The notes under the pieces were generated by a model. That model was not told the DNA's origin, ran no database searches, and was given only the letters and a program-made list of their open reading frames with translations. This document shows positions 20,779-30,634 of a stretch of 64,000 nucleotides of DNA, piece after piece; the stretch's first letter is position 1; the number at the start of each line of letters is the position of its first letter. A program made the position numbers and the translations under genes. The DNA lies in NCBI GenBank assembly GCA_034669905.1, contig JAXMOL010000036.1, positions 1 through 64,000 of the forward strand. Direction: 5' to 3'. Origin of the DNA: Candidatus Hydrogenedentota bacterium (lineage in GTDB: Bacteria > Hydrogenedentota > Hydrogenedentia > Hydrogenedentales > JAEUWI01).

Positions 20779-22089
20779 CTATTCCTCCGAGGTTACCGAA
20801 CCGACGCTCCAGCGACTTTCCAGGGCACCGTTTTTTCCCCGGATCGTCAGTTCACAGGTAGTCTGTGTCCCTTGGTAGTGCAGCTCGCCTGCGCGGAACA
20901 CGCCATCCTCCTCGGCCTTTTCGCTCACCCACCCTTCCTCGGGGTAGCTGCCGTGGGCCATCCGATATGCCTCCACCGCGAAGGCCACCTCAGCCAACAC
21001 GATCTCGGCCCAGGCCTGGCGCATCACCTCCCAGTCGGCAGGTTGATGGCGCCGCTGTACGGTGGCGTAGAGTAGGCTATGCTCTCGAATGTCCGCTTGA
21101 AGCTCATGGTACGCCTTTTCATAGGGCATTTGCTCCATCCGGCTGAGGCCATAGCCCGCCCCCATGGGTTCATGGAGTGCAAAGGCCGCTTTCAGGTTCA
21201 GGTCCCCCACCCCGGCCGCCAACAGGAGCCCCTGAAACAGCCCCCGATGCTCACCCTGGCGCATCCGTGCGATGAAGACCGATAGTTCCACGTCGCACGC
21301 CCGCTGCCATTGGGCCGTGCGCCGCTCCCGTGTAAAGTACGTCGCGAAATCGGTCAGGGCTTCGGTGCCGGGAGGTGTCTCGCCCAGTACCCGTTGAACG
21401 GCATGGAGCAACGGGGTTTCCAGCGTCCATTGGCGGTAAAGACTGTCCAGCGATTCATCGGACCCGAGGGAACGGATGACCGCCAACGCCGTATGGAGCG
21501 CGCGCCAAGCCGAAGCCGTGTCCTCGGACTCTGCTTCCAGGACGGCATCACTACACAGTAACACCACGAGGGCGCTTAGGGTGCCCACGTGGGGCGTCGG
21601 TCCCATACCATCGCTCACCAGGTAGTCTTCGGGATAGCGAATGTATGGTTTTTCGGCCCCAGCATGCAGGTGTTCTAAGACGTCGAGGTTGGCCGCGACG
21701 AGCGCGGCCATGGCGTCCAACTGGTCATCGGCGAAGCTGTCTGCCAGAGGACGTTGTTGGCCGGGTAGAAAGGGCAACTGCGCCATTTGCTGTTGGGAAA
21801 AGAGCTGAAACCCGTTTACTGCTGCCAGGATGTCCCCTGCGCCATTTTCCTCCCCAGAGAGTGCGTCCGCCCCGCCATGGAGTTCCTCACTATTCAGCGG
21901 ACGCCCCTGATCACGATGGGTCGCCACCAGCTGATTGACCTCCCGCGCCAGGCGAAGGCGCCAGATCAGGGCCGGTGACAGCAAGACGACCAGCACCAGA
22001 AACATTATGAACACACGTTTACGTTTGCGCGCCCAGGGGGGCGAAACGCCGGGCTTCCTTGAACTCCGCTTTGATATCGCCTGGCTCAT
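20779..22089 (-). CDS. Membrane-anchored hypothetical protein, paralog of 18522-19787
   Basis: PW-basic-TM-WRL N-terminus; AVEAYRMAHGSYPE. Confidence 0.6.
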   Translation of the reverse strand: MSQAISKRSSRKPGVSPPWARKRKRVFIMFLVLVVLLSPALIWRLRLAREVNQLVATHRDQGRPLNSEELHGGADALSGEENGAGDILAAVNGFQLFSQQQMAQLPFLPGQQRPLADSFADDQLDAMAALVAANLDVLEHLHAGAEKPYIRYPEDYLVSDGMGPTPHVGTLSALVVLLCSDAVLEAESEDTASAWRALHTALAVIRSLGSDESLDSLYRQWTLETPLLHAVQRVLGETPPGTEALTDFATYFTRERRTAQWQRACDVELSVFIARMRQGEHRGLFQGLLLAAGVGDLNLKAAFALHEPMGAGYGLSRMEQMPYEKAYHELQADIREHSLLYATVQRRHQPADWEVMRQAWAEIVLAEVAFAVEAYRMAHGSYPEEGWVSEKAEEDGVFRAGELHYQGTQTTCELTIRGKNGALESRWSVGSVTSEE

Positions 22090-23096
22090 ACGACCTGATA
22101 CTGAAGTACGGGATTAACCGCGTGTTCGATCGCCTCATGATTCACCACTTCGAGGAGACCCCGCTCGTAGAGGTATTCCACGTGGGCACCGGCCTCCAGA
22201 ATGGCGAGTAGCACATGATAGGACTCCCGAACGCCGAAGAGCTCGAGGGAAATTTCGGCCAGGGTCTTCGGCTCCTGACAAATCAGACGGGTCTTTTCCA
22301 GACGGGCCTCATGGAAGGCCAGGGTCTCGTCGATGCGTTTCGCCACATCGGGGATATCGCCCATGTGTCCACCGAGGCCGAGCCGTACCCCTTCGACGGC
22401 GCGCACCTGTTTCAGTGCGGAGAAATAGTGTCCCAGCCCCATATTCCGGGTAATAAACTCGGGAGACTGATGGGGCGTGATCTTGTCGAGGACATGGTCT
22501 GCCGTAAAGAGGATGTCGTCGAGCTTCAGACAGACCTGCCCCGGGCAATGTCCGGGCGCGTGGAAGACTTCGAAAGGACTGTCATCGAGGGGGCCTTCGC
22601 GTAACACGGTGTCTACCTGTACCGAGCGAAAAATCCCTTTGGACCACCGGTTCATCTCCAGCATGGCCTCGACACGCTCCTCGCTCAGTCCGGAGCGTTG
22701 TAGAAAGACCTGAAGATCTTTGGCCACTACAATGCGCCGCTCTTCAAAATTCTGAATGGACGACACGTCCAACGCATGGATGGCCACCGTCGCACCCGAC
22801 TTTTCAACAACGTGGTTGGCCCCCCCGAAGTGGTCAATATGGCCATGGGTGAGAATAAGCCGGCCCACATCCTCCAGCCCCACGGAAAGACCGAATTCCG
22901 AACGGAGGTTTTCGAAGCACCGATCGAGGGAGTCGGTCGCGCCATCCACTGCGGAGGAACAATCGATAAGGGTCAGGGCCTCATCCATCACCAGATAGCA
23001 ATTGGTGATGTGGTTGGTAAAGGCCCAGACAGGCAATTTGTAAATGTCGGTACCGCCGCTCGAGGTATAGCGCGCGACGACTTCTTGACCATTCAT
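22086..23096 (-). CDS. MBL-fold metallo-hydrolase
   Basis: THGHIDH, PGHC, TADH, GGH; start set at MNGQE. Confidence 0.85.
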   Translation of the reverse strand: MNGQEVVARYTSSGGTDIYKLPVWAFTNHITNCYLVMDEALTLIDCSSAVDGATDSLDRCFENLRSEFGLSVGLEDVGRLILTHGHIDHFGGANHVVEKSGATVAIHALDVSSIQNFEERRIVVAKDLQVFLQRSGLSEERVEAMLEMNRWSKGIFRSVQVDTVLREGPLDDSPFEVFHAPGHCPGQVCLKLDDILFTADHVLDKITPHQSPEFITRNMGLGHYFSALKQVRAVEGVRLGLGGHMGDIPDVAKRIDETLAFHEARLEKTRLICQEPKTLAEISLELFGVRESYHVLLAILEAGAHVEYLYERGLLEVVNHEAIEHAVNPVLQYQVV

Positions 23097-23217
23097 GGCG
23101 TGATTGCTTTCATTGTGGCGTGTCGACGGGCGACCGCGTCTCCATTCAACCGGGCCTGGTTGCGGGCAAGTGCTGCGTGCCGGGCGCACAGACAGAGCTT
23201 CACGCGGTCACCGCTCG

Positions 23218-25896
23218 TTAAAACAACTCGTGGCGCGTGAGCAATCGGGTCACCAACGCGGTCCACCCGGTCTGGTGGCTGGCCCCCAGGCCCTTGCCAG
23301 AGTCCCCATGGAAATACTCATAGAATAGCACGAGCTCTTTCCAGTGGGGGTCTTCCGCATAGTAGGGATTCTCACCATGAGCGGGCCGCTTTCCGGTTTC
23401 ATCGGGTTTGAAGAGTCGTACCAGACGTTGGGCGATTTCGCGGGCGACCTCCTGCAGGTTCATCATGTTGCCCGAGCCCGTGGGGCACTCCACCTTAAGG
23501 TCATCGCCGTAAAAATAGTGGTACCGTTCGAGGGCCTCGATGAGCAGGTAGTTCAAGGGAAACCACACGGGGCCGCGCCAGTTCGAGTTGCCGCCAAACA
23601 TGCCCGATTCGGACTCGCCCGGCACGTACGAAACGCTCCACGTATCTTCCGACTGATCGTCTTTGTAGGTGAAGGGTTCCTTCGCATGGGCACGGGAAAG
23701 GGAACGTATCCCATAGGGGGATAGAAACTCTTCTTCGTCCAACATGTATTTCAGCACCCGCTCGAGACGCTCCCGCGTTGGAATGGCGAGCAACTCCCAC
23801 GTCGACCCGTCGGGCTGTTCCTTCCGCGCCAGATAGGTCGTCGTCCGTGAGAGGTCTTTCCGGTGCTTCTTGAACCAGTCCAGCCGCTTTCGGAAGCCCG
23901 GCAGACGGTCGATAACATCGCTCTTCAGCACTTCAACGGCCAGGAGAGGTACGAGCCCGACGAGGGAACGTACCCGGATCGGCGTGGCCTCGCCATGGGC
24001 AAAGACCTGGTCGTAATAGAACCCGTCTTCTTCGTGCCAGAGACCATTTTCACCGAGGTGATTCATGGCATCGACGATATGCACAAAGTGCTCGAAAAAC
24101 TTGGAGGCAATATCTTCGTAGGCCGGATTCTTCCAGGCGAGCTCCAGCGAAATGGCGAGCATGGTAGTGCAATAAAAGGCCATCCAGGCGGTGCCATCGG
24201 CCTGCTCCAACTCACCGCCCATGGGCACGGGCTTGGAGCGGTCAAAGACCCCGATATTATCGAGGCCCAGGAAGCCGCCCGTAAACAGGTTGTTCCCATG
24301 GGGGTCTTTTCGGTTGACCCACCAGGTAAAATTCATCAGGAGCTTATGAAAAACCCGTTCCAGGAAAGCCCTGTCCCGATTGCCACGGGTTCCGGTCATC
24401 TTGAAGACCCGCCAGCAGGCCCAGGCATGAACCGGCGGATTTACGTCGCTGAAGTTAAATTCATAGGCGGCCATCTGCCCGTTGGGATGGAGATACCACT
24501 CTCGCAGCAGGACCTCCAACTGCTCTTTGGAAAACTCCGCATCCAACTCCGCACAGGGTAACATGTGGAAGGCCAAATCCCACGCGGCAAACCACGGGTA
24601 TTCCCAGGTGTCGGGCATGGAAAGCACATCGCGGGCATAGAGGTGGCGCCATTCGCTGTTGCGACCGTGCTTTCGGGACTCTGGCGGTCGCACGAAATTG
24701 GGGTCGCCGGCAATCCACTTGGTCAGGACGTAGTGGTAAAACTGCTTGCTCCACATGAGTCCAGCCCAGGCCTGACGCAACAAGCGCTCACATTCCGCAT
24801 TGGCCTGGCTGGGCATAAGGGCGGCGTAGAAGGCATCACACTCTGCCTTACGGGCCCGCAGAATTTCTTCAAAGGATTCGCCAAAGACCTCGGCCGGGGC
24901 CTGTGCCTTATCCGTCAGGCGCAACTGGATCACCCACTCCTCGCCCGCGGCCAGTTCCCGTGTAAAGTGGGCGGCCGCTTTGGTGCCCTCTTCTTCGGGG
25001 TTCACGGCCTCCGCGTCGCCACGAATCACGAAATCGTGAAAGGCGTCTTTCCGATAGGGCGTTACGTTGGGCACCCCAAACAGACGGGCACGATTGGAGT
25101 CATTGTCGGTAAAGAGCAGCGGTGCAACACCGGTTTTGTCATCGGGCGCCACATTGAAAACGAACTGTCCCAACGTATCGTGCTCGGTCGCAATACAGCC
25201 CGGCCCGACCTTGGCGAGATGGGGTTTGTTCTGCCCACTCTCGTGATGCCCTCCCCAACGCCAGATATTCCGGAACCACAGGGTGGGCAACACATGCAGG
25301 CTCGCGGCGACGGCGGCCCGGTTGTGCACCGTGATGCGGATAAGGATATCGTTGTCATCCCCTTTGGCATATTCCACAAACACGTCGAAGTACCGGTTAT
25401 CTTCGAAAGCACCCGTTTCTTCGAGCTCGTATTCGGGTTCCAGACGGCTACGGCGCGCATTCTCCTGCACGAGGTCGGCGTAGGGAAATTCACACTGGGG
25501 ATACTTGTAGAGGGCCTTCATGTAAGAATGGGTCGGTGTGGACTCCAGGAAATAGTAGCACTCCTTCACGTCTTCGCCATGATTGCCTTCGCCGTTGGTC
25601 AGGCCGAAGAGCCGCTCCTTGAGGATACGGTCTTTCCCATTCCAGAGGGCGAGCCCAAAACACAGGCGGCACTGGCGGTCGGTGATTCCCAACAAGCCAT
25701 CTTCGCCCCACCGGTAAGCGCGGCTGGGCGCATGGTCATGAATAAAGTGATTCCAGACGTCGCCCTGGGAGGAGTAATCTTCTCGTACAGTTCCCCACTG
25801 TCGGTCGGCCAGATAGGGTCCCCATCGTTTCCAGTTTTTGACCCGTTCTGCGTCTTCCTGCAAGCGGGTACGCTCTGCTCCTGATTCCGTAGACAT
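23218..25896 (-). CDS. GH63-like glucosidase (MGH1-like)
   Basis: WGPYLADRQWGTVREDYS, WEYPWFAAWDLAFH, GGNSNWRGPVWFP, GASHQTGWT. Confidence 0.88.
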   Translation of the reverse strand: MSTESGAERTRLQEDAERVKNWKRWGPYLADRQWGTVREDYSSQGDVWNHFIHDHAPSRAYRWGEDGLLGITDRQCRLCFGLALWNGKDRILKERLFGLTNGEGNHGEDVKECYYFLESTPTHSYMKALYKYPQCEFPYADLVQENARRSRLEPEYELEETGAFEDNRYFDVFVEYAKGDDNDILIRITVHNRAAVAASLHVLPTLWFRNIWRWGGHHESGQNKPHLAKVGPGCIATEHDTLGQFVFNVAPDDKTGVAPLLFTDNDSNRARLFGVPNVTPYRKDAFHDFVIRGDAEAVNPEEEGTKAAAHFTRELAAGEEWVIQLRLTDKAQAPAEVFGESFEEILRARKAECDAFYAALMPSQANAECERLLRQAWAGLMWSKQFYHYVLTKWIAGDPNFVRPPESRKHGRNSEWRHLYARDVLSMPDTWEYPWFAAWDLAFHMLPCAELDAEFSKEQLEVLLREWYLHPNGQMAAYEFNFSDVNPPVHAWACWRVFKMTGTRGNRDRAFLERVFHKLLMNFTWWVNRKDPHGNNLFTGGFLGLDNIGVFDRSKPVPMGGELEQADGTAWMAFYCTTMLAISLELAWKNPAYEDIASKFFEHFVHIVDAMNHLGENGLWHEEDGFYYDQVFAHGEATPIRVRSLVGLVPLLAVEVLKSDVIDRLPGFRKRLDWFKKHRKDLSRTTTYLARKEQPDGSTWELLAIPTRERLERVLKYMLDEEEFLSPYGIRSLSRAHAKEPFTYKDDQSEDTWSVSYVPGESESGMFGGNSNWRGPVWFPLNYLLIEALERYHYFYGDDLKVECPTGSGNMMNLQEVAREIAQRLVRLFKPDETGKRPAHGENPYYAEDPHWKELVLFYEYFHGDSGKGLGASHQTGWTALVTRLLTRHELF

Positions 25897-26047
25897 GGTA
25901 TGGTAACGCTTTCTCTAATCATGCATTCGGACTGCCGATCCCTCGTGGACGGCCACTACGTGACGCGAATGCCCGGAACAAACTTGGTATTCCCGATTGG
26001 GGCTGGCAGTCCAGAAGGCGCCAGCGGGTTAACCGGAAAGGAGTTCG

Positions 26048-26452
26048 ATGAAATTAACAAAGATCGTTGAAACTTGTTTATATGTCTCCGACCTGGATAC
26101 AGCGTGCGCCTTCTATGAAGACTTACTCGGGATTTCTCCCTTGTCCCGGGTGGAAGACCGGCACGTGTTTTTCCGACTCGAATCGGCCATGCTGCTCTTG
26201 TTCAATCCTGTGGCGACCCGCCTGCCCGACGGGGAGCTGCCACCCCATGGGGCCCAGGGCCCGGGACATGTGGCCTTTCAGGTGCCTGCCCGAGCACTAC
26301 CTGCATGGCGGCAACGCCTTGCTGAGCTCGGTATTCCGATTGAGTCCGACTGGACCTGGCCCAGTGGTGCCCAATCGTTGTATTTCCGTGACCCCGACGA
26401 TAACTCTATTGAGATAACCGTTGGCGCGACGTGGATGCTGCCCGACGCCTAG
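26048..26452 (+). CDS. VOC/glyoxalase family protein
   Basis: ETCLYVSDL, GHVAF, SLYFRDPDDNSIE. Confidence 0.85.
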   Translation: MKLTKIVETCLYVSDLDTACAFYEDLLGISPLSRVEDRHVFFRLESAMLLLFNPVATRLPDGELPPHGAQGPGHVAFQVPARALPAWRQRLAELGIPIESDWTWPSGAQSLYFRDPDDNSIEITVGATWMLPDA

Positions 26453-27267
26453 ACGACCACCATGCTGTCGCCCTGTTCCGGGTCGCTTTCTTCTCCCAGG
26501 GCTTCCCTGAAGACGCCCAGATCCTGTCGGAGGGCATCCCGCACCAGGAAATAGTCGGTGCTGTGCACGATGAAATTCGCGCCGGCTTTCGCCCAGCTCA
26601 CCGCATCCTGAATGCCAAAGGAATAGTGAAAGCCCACGCCAACCCCGGCAGCCCGCCCCTTGTCGATGATGGTCGTCATTGCCTTGGTAAAGGTCGGGTG
26701 TTGATATTGCTCGGGAATTCCCAAGCTGATGGACAGGTCATGGGGCCCTACCAGCAAGGCGTCAATGTCCGGTACGGACAGGATTTCATCCAAGCGCTCG
26801 ATGGCCGGCGTACTTTCCACGTTGACTATCATGAGTTTATCGGAGGCGTAGTTGCCAAGGTATTCCGCCAGCGCGCTGTCCAACACTTCCTCGCCGGACA
26901 GCACCTGCTGAAGACGCTGGCCTTTCAGGGGGCGGTATTTTACGGCACCGCGAAGCTGCTGGATATCACTGATTTCCTCCAGGTAGGGGGCCACCACGCC
27001 CGAGGCGCCGCCGTCGAGTACCTTACAGGCCTCATAGGGGTCCGGCAGGGGAATTCGGACGATTGGAGCGACGTTTTTGGCGGCAAAGGCCTGACACATC
27101 CAGGCGACTTCAGCACGTTCGAGGGGAATGTGTTCCGTATCGATGAAGGCGAAATCCAAGCCGGTGCTGGCAATCATGGCAGGCCACAGGGGCGACGGCG
27201 AAACCACGCAGGTTCCATAGACCCGTTTGCCCGCCCGCATGGCCGATTTGAGTTCGAGGCCGTTCAC
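26449..27267 (-). CDS. HpcH/HpaI aldolase family protein
   Basis: DFAFIDTEH, LDGGASGVVAP, VES, GPHDLS. Confidence 0.85.
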   Translation of the reverse strand: MNGLELKSAMRAGKRVYGTCVVSPSPLWPAMIASTGLDFAFIDTEHIPLERAEVAWMCQAFAAKNVAPIVRIPLPDPYEACKVLDGGASGVVAPYLEEISDIQQLRGAVKYRPLKGQRLQQVLSGEEVLDSALAEYLGNYASDKLMIVNVESTPAIERLDEILSVPDIDALLVGPHDLSISLGIPEQYQHPTFTKAMTTIIDKGRAAGVGVGFHYSFGIQDAVSWAKAGANFIVHSTDYFLVRDALRQDLGVFREALGEESDPEQGDSMVVV

Positions 27268-27450
27268 GACACGCTCGCTTTCTGAATAGTACCACCGTGT
27301 AGGGTAACCATGGACTCTCGGACGTTTTCCGGAGTCCCCACAGGCCCTATCCTACCTGACGGTGGCTGAGAAAGTCGAATTTTGAGGTATCTGAACGGCG
27401 TGGTCCCCCGGGCTGCCTCGGGTGGCATTGACCCTCGTATTCCCCTGGAA

Positions 27451-27903
27451 TCAAGGACGCCAATCGGCTAAATCGCAGACGTTCTGATAGAAATCGTCCC
27501 GCGATTGGCCCACCAGCATGGCGCCGAAGTGCTCACAGAGGTCGCTGTCCGCGGCATCGGCGTAATTGATGACCGCCGCCATGTAGGCCACCAGGTGTGG
27601 GAGCGCGGTCGGGTGGAACTGATAACGTGGGTGCACATGGAGCACACACAACATGGCGCTACCATCCCCCTGAAAAACGGGCTGGGCGAAGAGGTCGCCT
27701 TCCAGGGCTTCCTCCGTAAACTTCACCGATGTCGGATAGCGAAGACAGGCGCCATCATTCAACAGGGTGGCCAGATTTCGGCCATCAAGGGGACCGCCGA
27801 GACGCTCCAGGATGCGCTCGGCGGTCGTGTCGGCATGTGCCCAGAGGAGTTGCCGCAGCTCCTCCTCATCGGGCAGTGCCTCATTCTCTGGGGTGGTATT
27901 CAC
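27451..27903 (-). CDS. Hypothetical cytoplasmic protein, last gene of the cytochrome operon
   Basis: 150-aa ORF starting 11 bp after the octaheme gene stop; no recognised motif. Confidence 0.6.
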   Translation of the reverse strand: MNTTPENEALPDEEELRQLLWAHADTTAERILERLGGPLDGRNLATLLNDGACLRYPTSVKFTEEALEGDLFAQPVFQGDGSAMLCVLHVHPRYQFHPTALPHLVAYMAAVINYADAADSDLCEHFGAMLVGQSRDDFYQNVCDLADWRP

Positions 27904-27914
27904 GAAGTCAGGTC

Positions 27915-29360
27915 CTATTCGTAACGTTGCTTAAATTCTTCCATTCGCTGTTGGCGCTTGGCCTTTTCTTCTGGGTCCATGTCGCCATTGAACCAGCGGT
28001 GGTTATTGCTGCTGAGGACTTCTTCGATCTTCGCTTCCAGCACGTCGGCCGCATTGATTTTTTCCGGATCCTCGGAAGCCCGGCCTTTTTCAATCAGCTC
28101 TTCCAATTCGGGAATGAGCTTGGAGTAAAAGTGCTTGGCCACTTCATAGGTACCGTGCCAGTGGGTAATGTCCGGTCCCATCATGGAAGCGCCGTGGCGG
28201 GCACGGCGACCTTCGTGGTGCCAGAGCTCAAACCAGGTCCAATCGATCTTGTTACCGAAAGCCACCTGCTTCATGAGCGGCTTGGCGGCCGCCATCAGTT
28301 CCAGTCCCGGCTTGGCAAATTTGTCTTCATAGAGCTTAATCAACCCATCATACTGGGTGTAGAAGGCATCCACATAATTCTGATTGTGGCAATTGGTGCA
28401 GACATTCTGCATATTGGCACGGCGCACTTCCCAACTGACGTCTTTTCCGGGCAGCCCCATCTTGGCATCCGACACTTCGGGGCGAATCGATACGGGCGGC
28501 CGGTTGTTCCAACTGATCCGCATACCCACATCGTGGGTCACGGGTTGGTCCTTGGTGGCGCTCATGTGGCAGGTGGCACAGGTGGGTGCGGCGCTATAGT
28601 CTTCGCCCACGATCCACTTGGGACTGTCCATGTTCATTTTGTCTATATTGGCGCGGAAGGCCACGCCGTGTTTGGATTCGTTGTAAATCTCAATCTGGGG
28701 ATGGTCGGGGCCCATGTGGCACTTACCACAGTTTTCCGGATTCCGCACCTGCTCCACCGAAAACGCGTGGCGCGAGTGACAGGCCGAGCAAGAACCCTCC
28801 GAGCCATCGGGGTTTATACGGCCGATACCCGTGTTGGGCCAGGTGGCCGGGTCAAGACGCCCATCGTCCATGACCTTCACTTCGGAGCCGTGGCACTGCC
28901 AACAACCATTTACCGCCGCCGCCGAGATTCCCATGGGGAACATGGGCGTCACAAAATCGTTGTTGCCCTCCACGACTTCCGCCAGCACGTTGTCGAGGGA
29001 CCCGAGGATGCGACCGGCCTTGGCGTGGTGGGAAGCGACGAACTGCTCTACTTCTTTTTCATGACAGCGGGCACAGTCTTTGGGACTTACGATGGTGGCG
29101 ATCACTTCACCGTAGTGGTCGAAGGCATCGATGTCCTCTTTCTCGGCCTTGTGGCACTCGAAGCAGCCGATATTTCCCCGGAAGTGTTTGCTATCTCCCC
29201 ATTGCTCGTAGATAACCGGGCTCTGCATTTTGTGACACTCAATACAGGCCGCCGATTCTCCCGAAATCTCGGTCAACATATAACCTGCCGATGCGGGTAC
29301 GACAAGTAAGACCAGGGCGCTCCCGAGCAGCGCGCCTCGTATTCCGTATCGATGTTTCAT
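27915..29360 (-). CDS. Octaheme cytochrome c, hydroxylamine oxidoreductase (HAO) family, probably reductive epsilon-Hao-like type
   Basis: Signal peptide; 8 CxxCH (CIECH, CFECH, CARCH, CWQCH, CSACH, CGKCH, CATCH, CTNCH); CHSRHAF, GPDHPQIEIYNESKHG, GPDITHWHG. Confidence 0.85.
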   Translation of the reverse strand: MKHRYGIRGALLGSALVLLVVPASAGYMLTEISGESAACIECHKMQSPVIYEQWGDSKHFRGNIGCFECHKAEKEDIDAFDHYGEVIATIVSPKDCARCHEKEVEQFVASHHAKAGRILGSLDNVLAEVVEGNNDFVTPMFPMGISAAAVNGCWQCHGSEVKVMDDGRLDPATWPNTGIGRINPDGSEGSCSACHSRHAFSVEQVRNPENCGKCHMGPDHPQIEIYNESKHGVAFRANIDKMNMDSPKWIVGEDYSAAPTCATCHMSATKDQPVTHDVGMRISWNNRPPVSIRPEVSDAKMGLPGKDVSWEVRRANMQNVCTNCHNQNYVDAFYTQYDGLIKLYEDKFAKPGLELMAAAKPLMKQVAFGNKIDWTWFELWHHEGRRARHGASMMGPDITHWHGTYEVAKHFYSKLIPELEELIEKGRASEDPEKINAADVLEAKIEEVLSSNNHRWFNGDMDPEEKAKRQQRMEEFKQRYE

Positions 29361-30622
29361 TGCACCTCTCCTTCCCGTGCCACGGGCGTCGACAGTGCGA
29401 TGCCTTTTTCGTGACTGAATTGACCCGACATGATTGGAATAGCCACCCGCAGCATCCAGGAATACAGGAGTATTCCGAAGGCCCAGGCGCCCATACAGAT
29501 AAGCAATTCGTTGGTGGTGGGCAAATACTCCACCACATTTCCCAGGGGGGTCGGGATAAATCCCGGCACGATAAGCCCCATCCCCTTCTCGATCCAGACC
29601 CCTACAATGCAGAAGAAACAGGCCACATCAAGGTAACCCAGTTTTTTCCCCAAGGGGGTAATCAGAATGATCGCTGCGATGGCTTCCAAGGTGAGGGCGG
29701 ACCATATCCAGGGCACGAGGGCGTTGTAGGTATGCCCATGGTGCTCCAGGCCCTGCAAGAGATAGGTCATGGAAGCGCTGTGCAATGCTCCGGAGTAGTA
29801 CTCCTTGAACACTTCGCAGGAAAAGAGGAAAAGATTGATGAGCAGGGCCGTCGTAACGATATTCCGAAGCAGGTGGAGGCCCTTGTCGGGGATTTCGTAG
29901 GTAGAAACCCGACGGATAACCTGAAAGGCGAGGATCAGTATCGCCGGACCGGCCACAAAGGCCGAGCAGAGAAAGCGGGGTGCAATGATGGCCGCATTCC
30001 AGAAGGGACGTCCCACGAGGCCCACATAGAGAAAGGCGGTCACGGTATGAATGCTCACGGCCCATACGATCGCGATAAAGACAAAGGGAATATAGAAGAC
30101 CCAGGTGGGCTTGCGGTCATGGTATTTACAATAGAGCAAATAGCCACAGATGTGGAGGTTGAGCACGAGGTAGCCGTTGAGCACGATTACGTCCCATGAC
30201 AACAACGAGATGGGAAAATTGAACTTTCCGATGACCGGTATCAGGTGCCAGAACCGGTCCGGCCGCCCCAGGTCCACCGTGACAAAGATCAGGCACATGA
30301 CGATAGCAGAAATGGCGAGCAGTTCTCCGAAGAGCACCACGTCGTGCATTTCCTTGTTGCGGTAAACATAGGCCGGAATCACCAGCATCACGGCCGCGGC
30401 CGCCACGCCCACCAGGAAGGTGAAATTGGCAATGTAGGCCCCCCAGCTCACCTGGTCGGTCATGCCCGTGGTTCCGAGGCCGTTCACAAACTGATGCATG
30501 TAGGCATTGCCCCCGATGCCACACAGCACGGTGAGAAATATCATCCAGGCATAAAAGGCCGGCCCGCCCATGAAACTGAGCTTGCATGCCCGGGCCAGAA
30601 ATAGCAGATAATCTCTTAGCAT
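29357..30622 (-). CDS. NrfD/PsrC/DsrP-family quinol-interacting membrane subunit
   Basis: About 10 TM helices; VSWGAYIANFTFLVG, DLGRPDRFW, SIHTVTAF. Confidence 0.88.
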   Translation of the reverse strand: MLRDYLLFLARACKLSFMGGPAFYAWMIFLTVLCGIGGNAYMHQFVNGLGTTGMTDQVSWGAYIANFTFLVGVAAAAVMLVIPAYVYRNKEMHDVVLFGELLAISAIVMCLIFVTVDLGRPDRFWHLIPVIGKFNFPISLLSWDVIVLNGYLVLNLHICGYLLYCKYHDRKPTWVFYIPFVFIAIVWAVSIHTVTAFLYVGLVGRPFWNAAIIAPRFLCSAFVAGPAILILAFQVIRRVSTYEIPDKGLHLLRNIVTTALLINLFLFSCEVFKEYYSGALHSASMTYLLQGLEHHGHTYNALVPWIWSALTLEAIAAIILITPLGKKLGYLDVACFFCIVGVWIEKGMGLIVPGFIPTPLGNVVEYLPTTNELLICMGAWAFGILLYSWMLRVAIPIMSGQFSHEKGIALSTPVAREGEVQ

Positions 30623-30634
30623 GTGCCGTCGCCC

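Noticed and set aside
27915..29360. Evidence for ammonia oxidation or anammox
   Set aside because: No amo, cycAB or hzs genes in the window; apparent lack of the cross-link Tyr and the NrfCD-like context favour a reductive role
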